Translations under genes and position numbers: made by a program
Source: the human T2T-CHM13v2.0 reference genome, Homo sapiens
Assembly (NCBI RefSeq): GCF_009914755.1
Contig: NC_060927.1
Direction: 5' to 3' (one strand)
Length of the DNA stretch: 64,000 nt
The notes under the pieces: model-generated
Database searches by the model: none
Seen by the model: only the letters and a program-made list of their open reading frames with translations
What the model was told of the DNA's origin: nothing
Shown: positions 10,555 through 24,380 of the stretch, piece after piece
How positions within the stretch are numbered: the stretch's first letter is position 1
How the letters are laid out: each line of letters starts with the position of its first letter

Positions 10555-13500
10555 GAGTAGACTGGAAGTGGAGCACAGTGGTTGAATAGAAGCCTCAACT
10601 GATTGTTCTCCCCACAGGAAAGAAATTGAACAACTATCCACACGAAAAATCACTGTCATAAGAAACAAAAATCAGGTGAGTAATCACAGTACCTGGTTTT
10701 AACTTGGTATCACTGAAAGAGGCACTGAAGAGGATAGAAAAGAGAGTCTTGAATTGCTGATGCCACCCCTCACCAATCCACTGGCAGCCACATAGTGAAG
10801 AAAGAGAATCTGTGCTCTCGAGGGAGGGATAGCACAGTGATTGTGGAACTTTGTATTGGAATTCAGTGACACTTTTTCACAATGTAAAGCAACATGTGGC
10901 AGAATTTAGCCCACAGCCCTGGAGGGAGCATTTAGATCAGCTCTAGCCAGAAGAGAATTGCCCATCCCAGTGGTCAAAACCTGAATTCCAGCAAGCATCA
11001 CTACCAAGGACTGACATGTTCTAGGATTCTAAATAAACATGAAAGGAAGTCTAAGTCAGAAGGGCTGTAATTCCTTGGCAAGTCTGGGTGCTGAGCTGGG
11101 CTCAGAGCCAGTGGCCTTGGGGTACCTGCAGCCTAGTGAGACAACAGCCCAGGCCGCCAAGAGAGTGCATGCTCCACCGCTCCCCCAACCCTGGGAGAGA
11201 CTCCTACCTTCCAGTTGAGGAGAGGAGAGGGAAGAGTAAAGTGAACTTTGTCTTGCAACTTGGATATCAGCTAAGTCACAATAGGACAGGGCACCACACA
11301 GTGTCCTAAACCTCCCATTCCAGGCCCTAGCTCCTGGGTAACATTTCTAGACACACCTTGGGCCAGAAGGGAGCTCACTGCCTTCAAGAGAAGGATCCAA
11401 TTATGGCAGGATTTATTACTGGCTGACTGGAAAGCACGTGGACTTAAATAATACCAGTGATAGCCAGGCAGTTCTAGTCATGGGTTTTGGGTGAGACTAA
11501 GAGGTATACTGGCTACAGGTGTGACCCAGCAGATTCCTAGCTGTGGTGATTATTGGCAGAGACTCCTTTTGCTTGAGAAAAGGAGAGGGTAAAGTAAAGG
11601 GGACTTTGTGCTGCATTTGAGGTACCAAGCTCAACCACAGTGGGGTAAAGCACCAAAAGGGCTCATGGGGTCCCTGATTTTAGGTCTTGGCCTCTGGATG
11701 GTATATCTGGAGCTGTCCTGTTCCAGAGGGGAGCTAACTTCCCTGAAGAGTGGTCTCCAGGGCTGGCAGCATTCACCATAATGGGACTGAAGAGTCCCTG
11801 AGCCTTGAGTAAACATCAGCAATAGCTAGGTTGTGCTCACCATGGGTCTGTAGCAGTGATGACCATGAGGAGTGACTTTTCTATTTGTGAAAAGAGGAAG
11901 GAAGAGTAAGAAGGACTTTGTCTTATTCCTTGGGTGCCAGCTCAGTTGGAGTAGAATAGAGCACCACATAGATTTCTAAGGTCTCTGACTCCAAGACTTG
12001 GGTCCTGGATGGAATCTCTGGAACCACCTAGGGCCATGAGAATTCATAATCCTGAAGGAAAGGACATGAGCCTGGCTAGCTTGAGCCTGGCTACCTTCAT
12101 CATCTGCTGATTGTAGAGCCTTAGGACTTGAGCAAATATAAGCAGTTGCCAGGCAGTCATTATTGTGGGCCTTGGGCAAGACCCAATGCTATGCTGACTT
12201 CAGGTTGAACCCAGTGTAGTCCCAAGGTTAGTGGCCACATGGGTGCTTGTGTCACCCCTCTCTTGACTCCAAGCAACTAAGCACAGAAAGACTGTTTGTG
12301 TGGTAAAAAGTAAGGAAAGATAACAAGAGTCTCTTCCTTGAATTCCAGGGAATTCTTTCAGATCTTGTCAAAGACAACCATGGAAATACTTCTACAAGTC
12401 TGCAAGAGCCACAGTGTCATTGGTCTTGGGGTGTCCCCTAATGCAGGTATGGCTGAGTGACCAAAGACTTAGATCAAAACATCCAAGTTTCACTGAATAC
12501 CTGGAAGGCCATCCCAAGAAGGACTAGTACACAAAAGCTCACAATGTGAAAACTACAGTAAATACATAATTCTTCAATGCCTGAACACTGACGAATATGC
12601 ACAAGCATCAAGACCATCCAGGAAAATATGACCACACAAAATGAACTAAATAAGACACAAGGGACCAATTCTAGAGAAAGAGATATGTGACCTTTCACAT
12701 AAAGAATTCGAAACAGCTATTTTGAGAAAACTCAACAAAATTGAAGATAACAGAGAAAAAAGTTTCAGAATCCTATCAGTTAAAATTTAAAAAGAAATTT
12801 GAAATAATAAAAAAGAATCAAGCAGAAATTCTATAGCTGAAAAATGCAATTGACATACTAAAGATTGCATCAAAGTGTCTTAACAGCAGACTTGATTAAG
12901 CAGAAGAAAGAATTAGTGAGCTTGAAGACAGGCAATTTGAATGCACAGTCAGAGAAGACAAAAGAATAAAAAAGAATGAAGCATGCCTACCAGAAATAGA
13001 AAATAGCCTAAAAAGGGCAAATCTGAGTTGTTGGCATAAAGACAAGGTAGAGAGAGAGAGAGAGTGATCAGAGTAGGAAGTTTATTTAAAGAAGTAATCA
13101 CACAAAACTTCCCAAACCTAGAGAAAACATCAATAGTAAAGTAAAAGAAGGTTATAAAATACTGAGCAGATATAACTCAAATAAGACTATCTAAAGACAT
13201 TTAATAATCAAACTCCTGATCATCAAGGATAAAGAAATGATCCCAAAAGCAGCAAGAGAAAAGAAGCAACATACAAAAGAGCTCCAATATGTCTGGAAGC
13301 AGACTTCTCAGTGGAAACCTTACAGGTCACGAGAGAGTGTCATGACATGCTTAAAGGGATAAAAGTAAAAAAACCCTTTTATCCTAGAATAGTATATCCA
13401 ACAAAAATACCCTTCAAACATGAAGGAGAAATACTTCCCTAGACAAACAAAAGCTGAGGGATTTCATCAATACCAGACATGTACTACAAGAAATGCTAAA

Positions 13501-16310
13501 GACAGCTTTTCATTCTAAAAGGAAAAGATGTTAATGAGGAAATCATCTGAAAGTACAAAACTCACAGATAATAGTAAGTACGCAGAAAAATACAGAATAT
13601 TATAACCCTGTCACTGTGGTGTGTAAATTACTTATCTCTTGAGTAGAAAGACTAAAAGATGAACCCATAAAAAATAATAACTGCAGCAAATGTACAAGAC
13701 CTAGACAGTAAAATAATCTATTAATAGAAATAAGAGAAAGTTAACAACTGGGAAGACAAAGTTCAGGTGTAATATTTTCATTAGGTTTTTTTTTTTTGCT
13801 TGTTAGTTTGTTTAGGCAATCAGTGTTAAGTTGTCAGTTTAAAATAAGATATGAATGGAGACCTCATGGTAACCGTAAATTAAAAAAAATACAAAGAAAA
13901 ATGTACACAATAAAGAAAACACAAGAAATTAAAGCATACCATGAAAGAAAGTCAACATCACTAAAAAGAAGACAGGAAAGAGAGAAGGAAGATAAGACCA
14001 CAAAACAAGCAGAAAACAAATAACAAAATGGCAGGAGTAAGTGCTTACTTATCAATAATAACAGTAAATGTAAATGTACTGAACTCTACAATTAAAAGAC
14101 TTAGAGTGATTGAATGTATTAAAAAAAGAAGATTAAATGTTTTGTTGCCTACAAGAAACACACTTCAACTGTAAAGACACAAATAGACTGTAAATGAAGT
14201 GAAAAAAATACATTTCATGCTAATGGAAATGAAAAAATAGCAGAAATAGCTGTGCCTGTATCAGACAGAATAGATTTCAAGATAAAGACCATAAACAGAG
14301 ACAAAAAAAGTTATTTTGTGATGATAAAGGGGTCATTCCAGCAAGAAGATATAAAAATTAGAAATACATATGCACCCAGCACTAGAGGACCCAGATATAT
14401 GAAGCAAGTATTATTACAGAAAAGAGAGAAACAGACTTTAATAAAATAATAGCTGTAGACTTCAGCACCTCACTTTCAGTGTTTGACAGAAAATCATCAA
14501 AGAAATGTCAAACATTATCTGCACTATAGAACAAACAGACCTAATAAATATTTACAGAATATTTTATACAACAGCTGCAGAATACACGTTCTTCTCAGCA
14601 CATGAATTATTCTCAAGGATAGACCATATGTAGGTCACAAAGCAAGGTTAAATAATTCAAGAAAGTTGAAAACATATCAAGTAACTTCTTGTACCACACT
14701 GGAATAAAATTAGAAATTAGTAACAAAGAATTTTGGAAATTATGCAAACACATGGATATTAATCATTATGTTCTTGAATGACCAGTGAGTCAATGAAAAA
14801 AGTAAGAATAAAATTTAAATTCTTCTTGATAGTATGAAAATAGAAACACAACATATCAAAATTTACAGGATACAGCAAAAGCACAACTAAGAGCAAAGTT
14901 TCCAGCTATAAAGTGCCTCCAATTTAAAAAGTATATAAACTTCAAATAAACAACCTAACAATGCATTTTAAAGAATTAGAAAAGCAAGAGCACACAGAAC
15001 CCAAAATTAGTAGAGAGAAAAAATAATAAAGAGCAGAACAGAAATAAATGAAATTGAAATGAAGAAAACAACCCAAAAGATCAACAAAATGAAAAGTTGG
15101 CTTTTTGAAAAGATAAAATCGACAAATTGTTAGTCAAACTAATAAAAAAAAGAGAAGTCCCAAATAAATAAAATCAGCAATGAAAAAGAGACATTAAAAC
15201 CACTGCTTCAGAAATTCAAGGGATTGTTAGAGGCTGTTATGGGCAGCTATATACCAATAAATTGGAAAACCTAAAGGAAATGGATAAATGCCTAGACACA
15301 TATTACCTACCAAGATTAAACCATGAAGAAATCCAAAACCTTAACAGACCAATAACAAGTAACAAAATGGAAGCCATAATAACAAATCTCCCAGCAAATA
15401 AAAGCCTGGGGCCCTATGGCTTCACTGCTGAATTTTAAGAAACATTTAACGAAGATACAATACCAATTCTACTCAAACTAATCTGAGAAATAGAAGAGGA
15501 GGGAGTACTTTCAAATTCATTCTACAAGGTCAGTATTACTCTGATACCAAAACTTAGCAAAGACACATCAAAAAAGAAAACTATTTCACATTGCAGTATC
15601 CCTGATAAACTCTGATGCAAAAATCCTGAAGCTAATACTAGCAAGCTGAATTCACCAATACACTGAAAAAATCACTTATTATGGCCAAGTGAGATTTTTC
15701 CCAGAGAGGCAAGGATTCAACAAATGCAAATTAATCAATGTAATATATCAAAAGATTGAAGGACAAACAGCCCATGAGCATTTCAATTGACTGTGAAAAA
15801 CCATTTTATAAAATCCAACATTGCTTCATGATTAAACCCCTCAAAAAATGGGTATACAAGGATCATGCCTCAACATATACAAAAAGAAGCCACATAGGAC
15901 AGACAATGAATGGGGAAAAACTGAAAGCTTTTCCTCTAAGATCTGGAAACTGACAAGAATGCCGACTTTTACCACTTTTATTCAACATAGCACTGGCAGT
16001 CTTCCCTGGAGTAATCGACAACAGAAAGAAATAAAAACCTTCCAAATTGGAAAGGAATAAATCAAATTATCCTTGTTTGCCGATGATATCATCATATATT
16101 TGAAAAAACAAAAACACTTCACCAGAAAACCATTAGAACTGATAAATTCAGTAAAGTAACAAAATCAACATGTAAGAATCAGAAGCCTTTCTATATGCCA
16201 ACAGCAAATAATCTGAAAAAGAAATCAAGAAAGTAATCCCATTTACAATAGATAAAATAAAATATGCATGAATGAACTTAATCAAAGAAGTGAAAGACTC
16301 TACTTTGAGG
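10555..16310 (+). mobile_element. Long 5'-intact, 3'-truncated L1 (L1MA/L1M1-2-like): 5'UTR, ORF1 remnant ~12500-13540, ORF2 remnant from 14028; inactive
   Basis: GC-richer repeated 5'UTR; ORF1-like 'gcagaagaaagaattagtgagcttgaagacagg'; ORF2 start atggcaggagtaagt at 14028 with endonuclease NVN motif; RT FADD codons at 16076-16087; many stops and frameshifts. Confidence 0.9.
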
Positions 16311-16329
16311 AAAAAATTTACAATTTCTG

Positions 16330-18200
16330 ACAAACACTATATGACCTTGTAATCGTACTTCAAAGTGTAAAAAAATAAAAATTCATGTTTACACAAAAGC
16401 CTGTATGCCAATATTTACAGATGCTTCATTCATAAATTCCTAGAATTGGACACATCTATTTTGTTTTTCCTTTTATAATAAATTCTGGAAAATATAAATG
16501 TATTGGGATAAAACAATAGTTGGGTGTAATAGTTAAGTACAGGAGTGTCATGCAAGGAATATTTTCAGGGGAAGTAATGATCATGGGTGGGGATGGTAGA
16601 TGCATGGCTCTAACTCTAGATTTCAATTTAGATTTGTCAAAAATCATGGAACTGTGCACCACAAAGAATGAACTTTCCTGCATGAAAATTAAAATCAAAT
16701 CAATGAGCATTAGGGTATTTCACAGGAAGAAATGCATACTGTGACAAATGAATCTCATTGTTTTACAAATATATACTATGTTATAACACCATTAAAAAGT
16801 GAGAATAAAGGAGCTAACTCTGGAAAATAGCATTTTAATCAGACACTATGAGGGGAAAACTGAAAAATAATTGTATGTAAATATTCTTTTTGGGGGTATT
16901 TTTTCTCATAGGAGTACTGATTAGAAATTAAGAAACCATATTGTATTCGTATTGACTTTGAACACTCGAGTAAAAGGAATATTCATTAATTGTGGTGTGA
17001 CTTTAGTATATGTCAGGAACTCTTTGATAGTTCTTACTCCAGATGTGACAGCTTAGTTTTCCTCCACTTGAGTGTAGGCCAGCTTAATGATGCTCCTCTA
17101 ACCAATAGAATGGGAAGGGAAAAATAAAGTGGGACAATGTAGTAGACACCACCATGACCAAGTGGTCAAATTTAACTCATCCATAAAAAGCCATCATTCT
17201 CGCTCTGAGATGATGCATTGAAAAGATCACTTTAGTTCTGCGGTATTCTTCCATAAATTATGAAACTTCAATCTAATCATAAGAAAACATCAGTGATATC
17301 CAAATTAAGGGTCATTGTGCAAAATACCTAACCAATACTCTACAAAAGTACATTAGTGGAAAAATAGTGAATCAGAATAAAGTCTGTGATTTATAGTATT
17401 GTACCAATTTTAGTTTCATAGTTATGATAAATGCATCATGATTACATATGATGTTAACTTTAGGAGAATTAGGGGAAGGCTGTATAGAAGCTCTCTGTAT
17501 TGTATTTACAACTCATCTCTAAATCTGAGGTTATTTCAAAACAAAAGTTTAAAAATATAGAAATTCCTATGGTAATCAAGTCTCCAAAGTTAGGAAATAA
17601 ACAACCCAATGAATATTGACCAAATATTTAAATTTTTTTGGCAAGGAATTTATAGTGATAGTAAATGAGTATATGAAAAAATGTACAGCATCATAATGGA
17701 AATAAAAATTCAAACCAAAATGAGATTTAGTTACATATTTGTTGGAATGGCTAAAAATAATGACTGACTGTGTCAGTCATGGAGCAACTTAAACTCTAAA
17801 ACTGATGGTATACTTTAAAGCTTAAGCTGCAGCAATATGATGACTTAGCCACTTCTATCTTAGACATTTAAGCAAGAGAAATGAAAATCTGTGTTGATAT
17901 AGAGACCTGTTTACAAAGTGAAGTTTACAATAGCTTTATTTGTAAAAGTCAGTAATTAAAAATATACCAATGTCCATGCATAGATGACAGTAAACCTTTT
18001 GTGATACATTGAGATTATGGAATATTACTTGTCAAATAAAGGAGTGAAAAATTTATACACATGACAACTTGGATGGATCTCAAAATAATTACTTTGAATG
18101 AATAAAGCCAACAACAGAGTACATACTATATGGTGTTATTTCTCAAAATTTTTTATGAAGTTAAAATTAATGGGTAGTGACAGAAAGTAGATCATGAATA
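16330..18200 (+). mobile_element. Old L1MC/L1ME 3'-end fragments
   Basis: L1MC-like 3'UTR ending 'ctctgtattgtatttacaactc...aaatctgaggttatttcaaaacaaaag' (~17550), then an L1ME-like 3' region at 17590-18200. Confidence 0.6.
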
Positions 18201-19496
18201 TTTCTGTGAAGGAAAAATAAGCTAACTGCAAAATTTTAACACTATTCCTTTGCTACCATGGTTTTTTTTACATAGATTATCTTTTTTCATGGCTATCCTG
18301 CACGTCGTAGGTGCCCTCTAGAAACTTCCTCTTTGATGCAATTATACATTTTTTCACTGAACAAAACTCAAGTGTATCATATTGCTGATGGTACCCTGCG
18401 GGTATCATTCATACACCTCAACATCGGTTAGCAGAATCATCTCCAACTGCACAGAATGCTAAGTGAAGCAATTTATTCACTGCAAGTTTAGAAAGCAGTT
18501 AGTGGTGAGGAGAAAAATCAAAAGCTTCTCCTCAAATTATAATGATCTCAATTATGTATAATATTGAAAAAGAACTACTGAATAAAATATCCCATGCAGT
18601 ATTTATTTCAGTTCTTACTTAACTTTTTCTTATTTTAACCATGTATGAATATTGCATCTTTTGCTATTTACTCTAATTTTGAGGAATGATTTTAGTGACA
18701 TTTTATGTCTTATCTGCAACATTGTCTAGCAGAAAATAACAGGTTGTTATGATAACCACTACATACTTGAATGCTTTAGGTTATAATATAAAATAAATGA
18801 AAATATCCCTATAGACAGTAAGGAATATTACATAAGATGATTAAAATGAATCAAAATTAAATTAATATGAAAATGATGAAATCAGCAAGTATCTCAAAGT
18901 GGATAGGAAATATATTTGAATTAATGAATAACCTACTCTTTAATAATAATGTTTCATAAATGTTTCAAATGTAAATTGCTTAATAACACAAGTGGGAATA
19001 ACATGAAATATGAACAATTGGAAACAGTATTAGTTCTCAGTAACATGTTTTAATAATATTCAAGGAAAAGCCAGAAGAAAGAGCAAATATTTTATGACTA
19101 TAAATATTCTCACCTTCAGAATTTCACAGATGGCATAAAAGACAAAATTACATTCTATCTCTTCTTTTTAGGTAAAATTAACTTCATTTCTTGCCATAAA
19201 CTTTCTACATTGCACACTGAAGAGTAGAAATTGTGAGTAATCTTATGTGCTGTATCAGTGAAGACATGTCTTCCAAAATAACATGCTTACTTTGGATTAA
19301 GAAATACATCTTAATGTGTGATATGAAGGTAAATATAAACACTATAATTGAGAGTTTATTTTATTTTTTATGACATTTTATTTAAATTGTGCTGATTTAA
19401 ACATTTTCATTTTTATTTTGGGTGATTTGGAATTAAAAAAATAGACACAAATAGCTATACTTCTGAAATTATATATCATTTCAATATGTAAGTAAT

Positions 19497-19890
19497 AGTG
19501 TACTAGAGCCAGCTCATACCAGCTCATTAGAGACAATTGTTGAAGTTTTAGGAATTTTGCAAGCCAATTATTAAACTGAGCTATTATTAAATATTAAAAT
19601 TATATGTTTATATAAACTTAAAAATAATTTATTTTTTAAATTAAAGTAATAAATACACAGAAACCACCACTTCCTAGTTATTTTGCTATTTATTATCTAT
19701 GATCTTAAGATTTTTATGCCTATTATACCTATATGGAAGAAATACTGTACAATGATGTAATATTGACCATCTCTTCCAAAATCTGAATTCAGCAATGCCA
19801 TTTTGGTATCTTGAAATTGGCCATGGTGGGTGTATTTACACCACAACAAAAAGCAATCATTACAAATCAAGGTTTCTATTTCCCTTCTTG
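19497..19890. mobile_element. hAT DNA-transposon relic, MER63-like
   Basis: 'gagccagctcataccagctcattagagacaattgttgaagttttaggaattttgcaagcc' resembles the MER63 terminus. Confidence 0.6.
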
Positions 19891-20229
19891 GAGAGCAAAC
19901 AGCCAGAATGTAACTCTTTCTAAGGTTGTATGAATACATAAATGTCTAAAAAAATAGATAATCCAAATGTGTTCAGGTAAGCTAATGCCTTCATTTTGCA
20001 CTAAACATACTTTTGTGTATATGTATACACACATATGTCTATAAGTACATACAAAATTATATATAATGTGTATTAGTATGAAATTATTATATATATTATA
20101 TATTTATATATTAATTTTTTTCAAGTTTGAGATACAAAAATATTGGGTTGACTTGCGGTTAAGATGACAAAAGTTTGTATGTTGGGCCCTCATTTCCATT
20201 TGAATTATAATATTGGGAAATTGGGAAAG

Positions 20230-20320
20230 AAAAAACAAACAGTAGGATATAGAGAGAAGGGAAGAAAGGAGAAAAGGAGGGAGGAAGGAAGGGGTGGTAA
20301 GAAGGAAAAGAGGAAAGATG
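20230..20320 (+). repeat. GA-rich low-complexity tract
   Basis: Purine-rich run. Confidence 0.7.
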
Positions 20321-20867
20321 TTAATTCCCCACAAATACAAGGTCTCCATGGGTTAGAAAACAAAGGGCAACTTTGACTGGAGCCACAAGCCTCCTGGGCT
20401 GTAAGTATCTGGGACTGGGTGCAGGAATAAGACGTCCTCGATTTTAAAGAAGGCTGCTGCTTATAAACATAGTTTATGCAAGGCTACAGGCCTAGAGAGG
20501 CTGAAGTCCCTGGACCTACTCTTGTCATAAGGAAGTGAAACAAGCCAGGCACTGATTCTGCGGTGAGAACTGCTATAATTCCAATCTTACCCTAACCATG
20601 GTGCCTCAATTCTATTAAGCATGGCTTTTTATTTAGATTAGAAGACTGTTCTAAATTAGTATCACTCCATGTTTATCCCACATTTTCAGAAGTTTTGTTT
20701 CAAAAAGTGAAATGATTGCTGTCAAAGTTGTCTGCATTAGCAGAAAATAAAATTCTCAAGTAATTAAATGATACTCATGTCGGTGTCATCATAGATTTTA
20801 AATAAAAAATCATTTACTACTTAATTCAAATAATGTTTTATTACTTTTGTTTATGAAAAGCTTTTTG

Positions 20868-21149
20868 GGCCAGGCGTGGTGGCCATGCCTGTAATCCCAG
20901 AACTTTGGGAGTCCAAGGTGGGTGGATCACTTGAGGACAGGAGTTCCAGACCAGCCTGGTCAACATGGTGAAATCCCACCTCTACTAAAAATACATAATT
21001 AGCCTGGTATGGTGGCATACACCTGTAATCCCAGTCACTTCGGAGGCTGAGGCACAAGAATCGCTTGAACTGGGTAGGTGGAGGTTGCAGTGAGGCAGTG
21101 CACTGCAGCTTGGGCGACAGAGTGAAACTCTCAAAAAAAAAAAACAAAA
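20868..21149 (+). mobile_element. Alu (AluJ/S-like)
   Basis: Dimer starting ggccaggcgtggtggc with an A tail; small deletion in the right arm. Confidence 0.95.
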
Positions 21150-21294
21150 ACTTGTGGAAGGTAATTTACTGAAGAGAAAAAAATCTGACGTTGTTAATAA
21201 TATTGAACATTTAGTTGAAATGCTAGTAAATGAGGTAAACATTATGATGTCAGTTTATACATGTTCTTTGTTAACTAAAAACAATATAGAAGAC

Positions 21295-21694
21295 TGTCTT
21301 AATCCATTTTGTGTTGCTATAACAGAATTCGTTAGGCTGGGATAATTTATAAACAAAAGAGTTTTATTTTGCTCACAGTTTTGCAGGCTGAGACATTCAA
21401 GAGCATATTGCTGCCTCTGGCTAGCTTCTGGTGGGGGCCATGTGCTAGGTCAAACATGACAGAAAAGTGTAACAGCCACTGGTTATGCATAAAGAAATCA
21501 CACGGTAAGAAAGGAAGCAAGAGAGAAAAACCAAGGAGCCAGAATCTTTTTAACAACCCACTTGCCCCTCTGGTATGGCAATCTACTCATGACCCAAACA
21601 CCTGCTACTAGGCACTACCTTCCAAAACTGCACCACTGAAAATCAAATTTTAACATGAGTTTTGGTGGGGACAAACCACATCCAAAGCACAGCA
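21295..21694 (-). mobile_element. MaLR solo LTR (MSTB1/C/D-like)
   Basis: tgtcttaatccattttgtgttgctataacagaa ... aacatgagttttggtggggacaaaccacatccaaagcacagca. Confidence 0.8.
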
Positions 21695-22510
21695 AGGAGA
21701 AATGTACTTTCAATTGGCTGTGAAGCACACATAATTTATAATTATGTCCTAACAAGCTGCATTATTCTGCCATCCAGAACAGAACATATAGTTTTCAACA
21801 TATAAAAAAATTGCAAAAAATGAAATTAAACTACATTTTATAAAAGTAATATTTAATATTAAGAGATTTAAATTTAGGATCATGTGCTTTCTCTTTTATG
21901 TTCCTCTAAATGTTTGAAACTTTATAAAGCAAATGTTCAAAATAATTTAAGGGTTCTGTGATGACTGGAAACCATTTTACAAAGTTCTCCAAGTTTATGT
22001 TATGATTTTCTTAAAATAAGTTGGAATTCTTTAAGGACTATATATCCTACAAGCTGTTTACTAACACATTTCAGTTTCTGAAGCTTTCAGGAAATTGCAA
22101 TTAAAATATAAAAGTGCTCACATTATTTTTTAAATTGAACTTTGAAATATATTTACTTGTGGGGAGAAACTTTTTGTGGAGCTAATATTTTTACTTGGAT
22201 GAATTTATCTTTTGAACAAAAATAGAAGAAAACTGAGAGTCCCTACAATATTTTAGCATCCAAATTAGGAAAAACATTCAAAAATATCATAAATGTAGAT
22301 AACTTATTTGATGATTTAATTCTTGAAAATATTATTTGAAGATTGATACTCTAAGAGTAAAAAGAAGTTATGCATGCCAAACAATTGGCTGGAATGTGTA
22401 CACAGTTCAGTAAAAGTTCATTTGGGAGATATCCTTGGATTACTAAAATATTTTATAGGCTTATCCAGTACTCAGCACTTATGGAAAGAATATTTCCTCT
22501 TTAAAAAATA

Positions 22511-22724
22511 CATATAGTCCCCTACTTATGAACATTTGACTTACAACTTTTTGACTCTGATGGTGTGAAAGCGGTAAGTATTCAGTATGCTCCTCCATTT
22601 ACAAACAATGAGATTATGTCCAAATCCATTGTAAACTGAAAATGTCATAAATCAAAATGACAATATTTTCAATTAACAATGGATTTATTGGGATGTAACC
22701 CCACTGTAAGTCAAGGAGTACCTG
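22511..22724. mobile_element. Tigger5/MER47-like DNA-transposon MITE
   Basis: 'atttattgggatgtaaccccactgtaagtcaaggagtacctg' and 'tcccctacttatg...ttgacttacaactttttgac' terminal motifs. Confidence 0.7.
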
Positions 22725-23089
22725 CACTATAACAGAGTCAATTTCAGTCATCAACATTTTAGGTTTTAAGATGCAAATAAAATTGAAGACAGTTCTACAT
22801 AAAATGAAAAATAAAACTAACACTACCCCCAAAAGTAAATTATTAAGAGAATAAAACTGACATATAATTAAAAGATAGGAAAAATTTATTCTTATATTTT
22901 AATATTTATATTTTTACATTGATAATCAATATTCCAAAATTATCTTTTCTTGACAGAAAGGTAATGCTAAATTTGTTATATACCAAGTTTCTGTATAGGT
23001 ATAAACTGCTGTACTTCATAATTTATTGTTCATTTTTAATACTTTTCACCACAATCTAATAGTCATATCTTCTTCGGATCCTCTTGGCT

Positions 23090-24380
23090 AAGATAGTTTC
23101 TCGGACTTTTTCATTACACATATCAAAGTTATGTGCTGTCATTATGATGTATCACTGTTGATTTGAGCTTTGATCATCTATCAGAGGTGGTGTTTGTCAG
23201 TTTTCTCCACTAAAAAGATGCTTTCTTTTCTCTCTTTCCATAGTGTACGCTTTGGAAGACCGTTGCTATAAAAAAGTTCACATCTAAGGAGTAGAGACTT
23301 TGTGTTCCACTTTCTGTGTCTGTAATACCTACGTAAATTATTTGTAAAATTCTTCTACAAGGGAAATTTGACAATTCTCCATTTATTAGTTCTTAGTTTA
23401 TATATACAGACAAACAGATCTTATTTGAATTAAATATTTTATTATAAAAATCAATAAATATATAGGATATAGGAGAATTGGGTTCTCTCCCAAAGGAAAA
23501 AATGATTTGCTGATAAAGTGACAAAGAAGGATCCTAGATGTGGTGGCTCATACCTATCATCCCAGCAGTTTAGGAGGCCAAGGCAGGAGGATTTCTTGAG
23601 GCCAGAAGTTTGAGGCTGGGATGAGCTATGACTGCAGCAATACATGCCAGCTTGAGTGACAGAGCAAGACCCTGCCTAACGTATGAAACAAAAGAGACCC
23701 ATTTATAAATATAAGCACTAAAATTTAAAAGAATAAACAAATGGCCTTTTATTGCTGACAGCTTAACTACCTCGATTCTAGCAGCTACATCATAATGTGT
23801 TCCTTTTGAATATAAAAATTATCTTCTCACTCAAATTTTTCCACCTCTGGGAGCTTTTTCAGTTGGCTCCTCTGAATCTTTGACATACTCCAGGATTAGT
23901 TATTGTTGTTGTGATTTTTTAGTAGTTCTTTTATTTTGTGGTATTATAAGATGTCTCAGGCTGACATCATATATACTTGGCCCCAGACCTAGAATCAGCC
24001 ATTTATCCAAAGATTCCTAATTTCTCATACTTGAGTGTCATATTAAAAATCAAGATCAGGGCACTGGATAGACCTGTTACTATTGGGAAATCCTTGCTTC
24101 TAAGCCATTTCAATTGACAGAGCAAAGAAACATATGCATGCATACTAATTAATATATTAATCTATCTATATATCTATCTATTTATCTTTCTATCCATCCA
24201 TCTACATCTGCTTAGGTTTTAAGCTAAGCATGTGTTTATTCAAATGTCTTCAATTCTAATCTGTTGTCACACAGATCATTGTAAGTTTCCCCCATGCTGG
24301 TTTTTACCCTTTTACTCTAATGGTGAGAAACTTGGCTCCCACTATCTGCCAACTATTTCCATAATTCTTCAATTTCAGTA
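23090..24380 (-). mobile_element. L1MC-like 3' fragments, interrupted by a FLAM and a (TCTA)n at ~24160-24205
   Basis: 'ccccagacctagaatcagccatttatccaaagattcc' and 'gccatttcaattgacagagcaaagaaacatatg'. Confidence 0.6.
23533..23678 (+). mobile_element. Free Alu monomer (FLAM/FAM-like)
   Basis: Single monomer 'gtggtggctcatacctatcatcccagc...gacagagcaagaccctg'. Confidence 0.8.

Noticed and set aside
10555-16310. Possibly active full-length L1
   Set aside because: ORF1 and ORF2 are full of stops and frameshifts, and the 3' end is missing
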